Of a stretch of 64,000 bases of DNA, positions 63,797-64,000 are shown one piece after another. The stretch's first letter is position 1. Each line of letters opens with the position of its first letter. The notes beneath the pieces are model-generated. The model did not search any database and was not told where the DNA came from. It saw nothing but the letters and a program-made list of their open reading frames with translations. The position numbers were made by a program, and so were the translations under genes. The stretch covers positions 116,870,001-116,934,000 of the forward strand of contig NC_042999.1 in the NCBI RefSeq assembly GCF_006345805.1, in the 5' to 3' direction. Source of the stretch: Octopus sinensis. Lineage: Eukaryota.

Positions 63797-64000
63797 ACAT
63801 ACATACGTACATACATATATAAATACATATGTATGTGTATATATATATATATATATGAGAGAACATTTGTTTACAACAGTTTTTATAAGAGAAATTCTAC
63901 CTCATTGCTAATACAAAAAAAAAAACAACATGTAAAAGACTTTGTTATCAAGCTATTTGTAACTACTATTAGCACAAACCACCAATACAGGCTGTTTTAG

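Overview
This is AT-rich, repeat-saturated eukaryotic DNA, very probably from a coleoid cephalopod (Octopus-like SINE families and abundant (TA)n, (CATA)n, (CA)n, (CAT)n and (GAA)n microsatellites). I recognise no intact host protein-coding gene, and most ORFs in the track are microsatellite artefacts. The window is a mosaic of decayed transposons: R4/Dong, RTE, CR1 and Tx1-like LINEs; Penelope-like elements (PLEs); mariner, Tc1, maT and hAT remnants; non-autonomous Helitrons; MITEs; and at least five SINE-like families. Five signals stand out. (1) Four unrelated inverted-repeat elements, mostly sitting in (TA)n, each carry a variant minimal type-I hammerhead-ribozyme fold. (2) An R4/Dong-type restriction-like-endonuclease LINE has two copies, both embedded in (CATA)n, which suggests microsatellite targeting. 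(3) CpG content drops sharply at about 39.3-39.9 kb beside a candidate first exon, implying a hidden methylated gene body. (4) A composite Helitron has duplicated 24 bp of its own host flank, and a second Helitron pair lies head-to-head. (5) A weak two-exon orphan gene candidate spans 14422-19000. All coordinates, translations and folds were read by eye, so boundaries are approximate unless stated.
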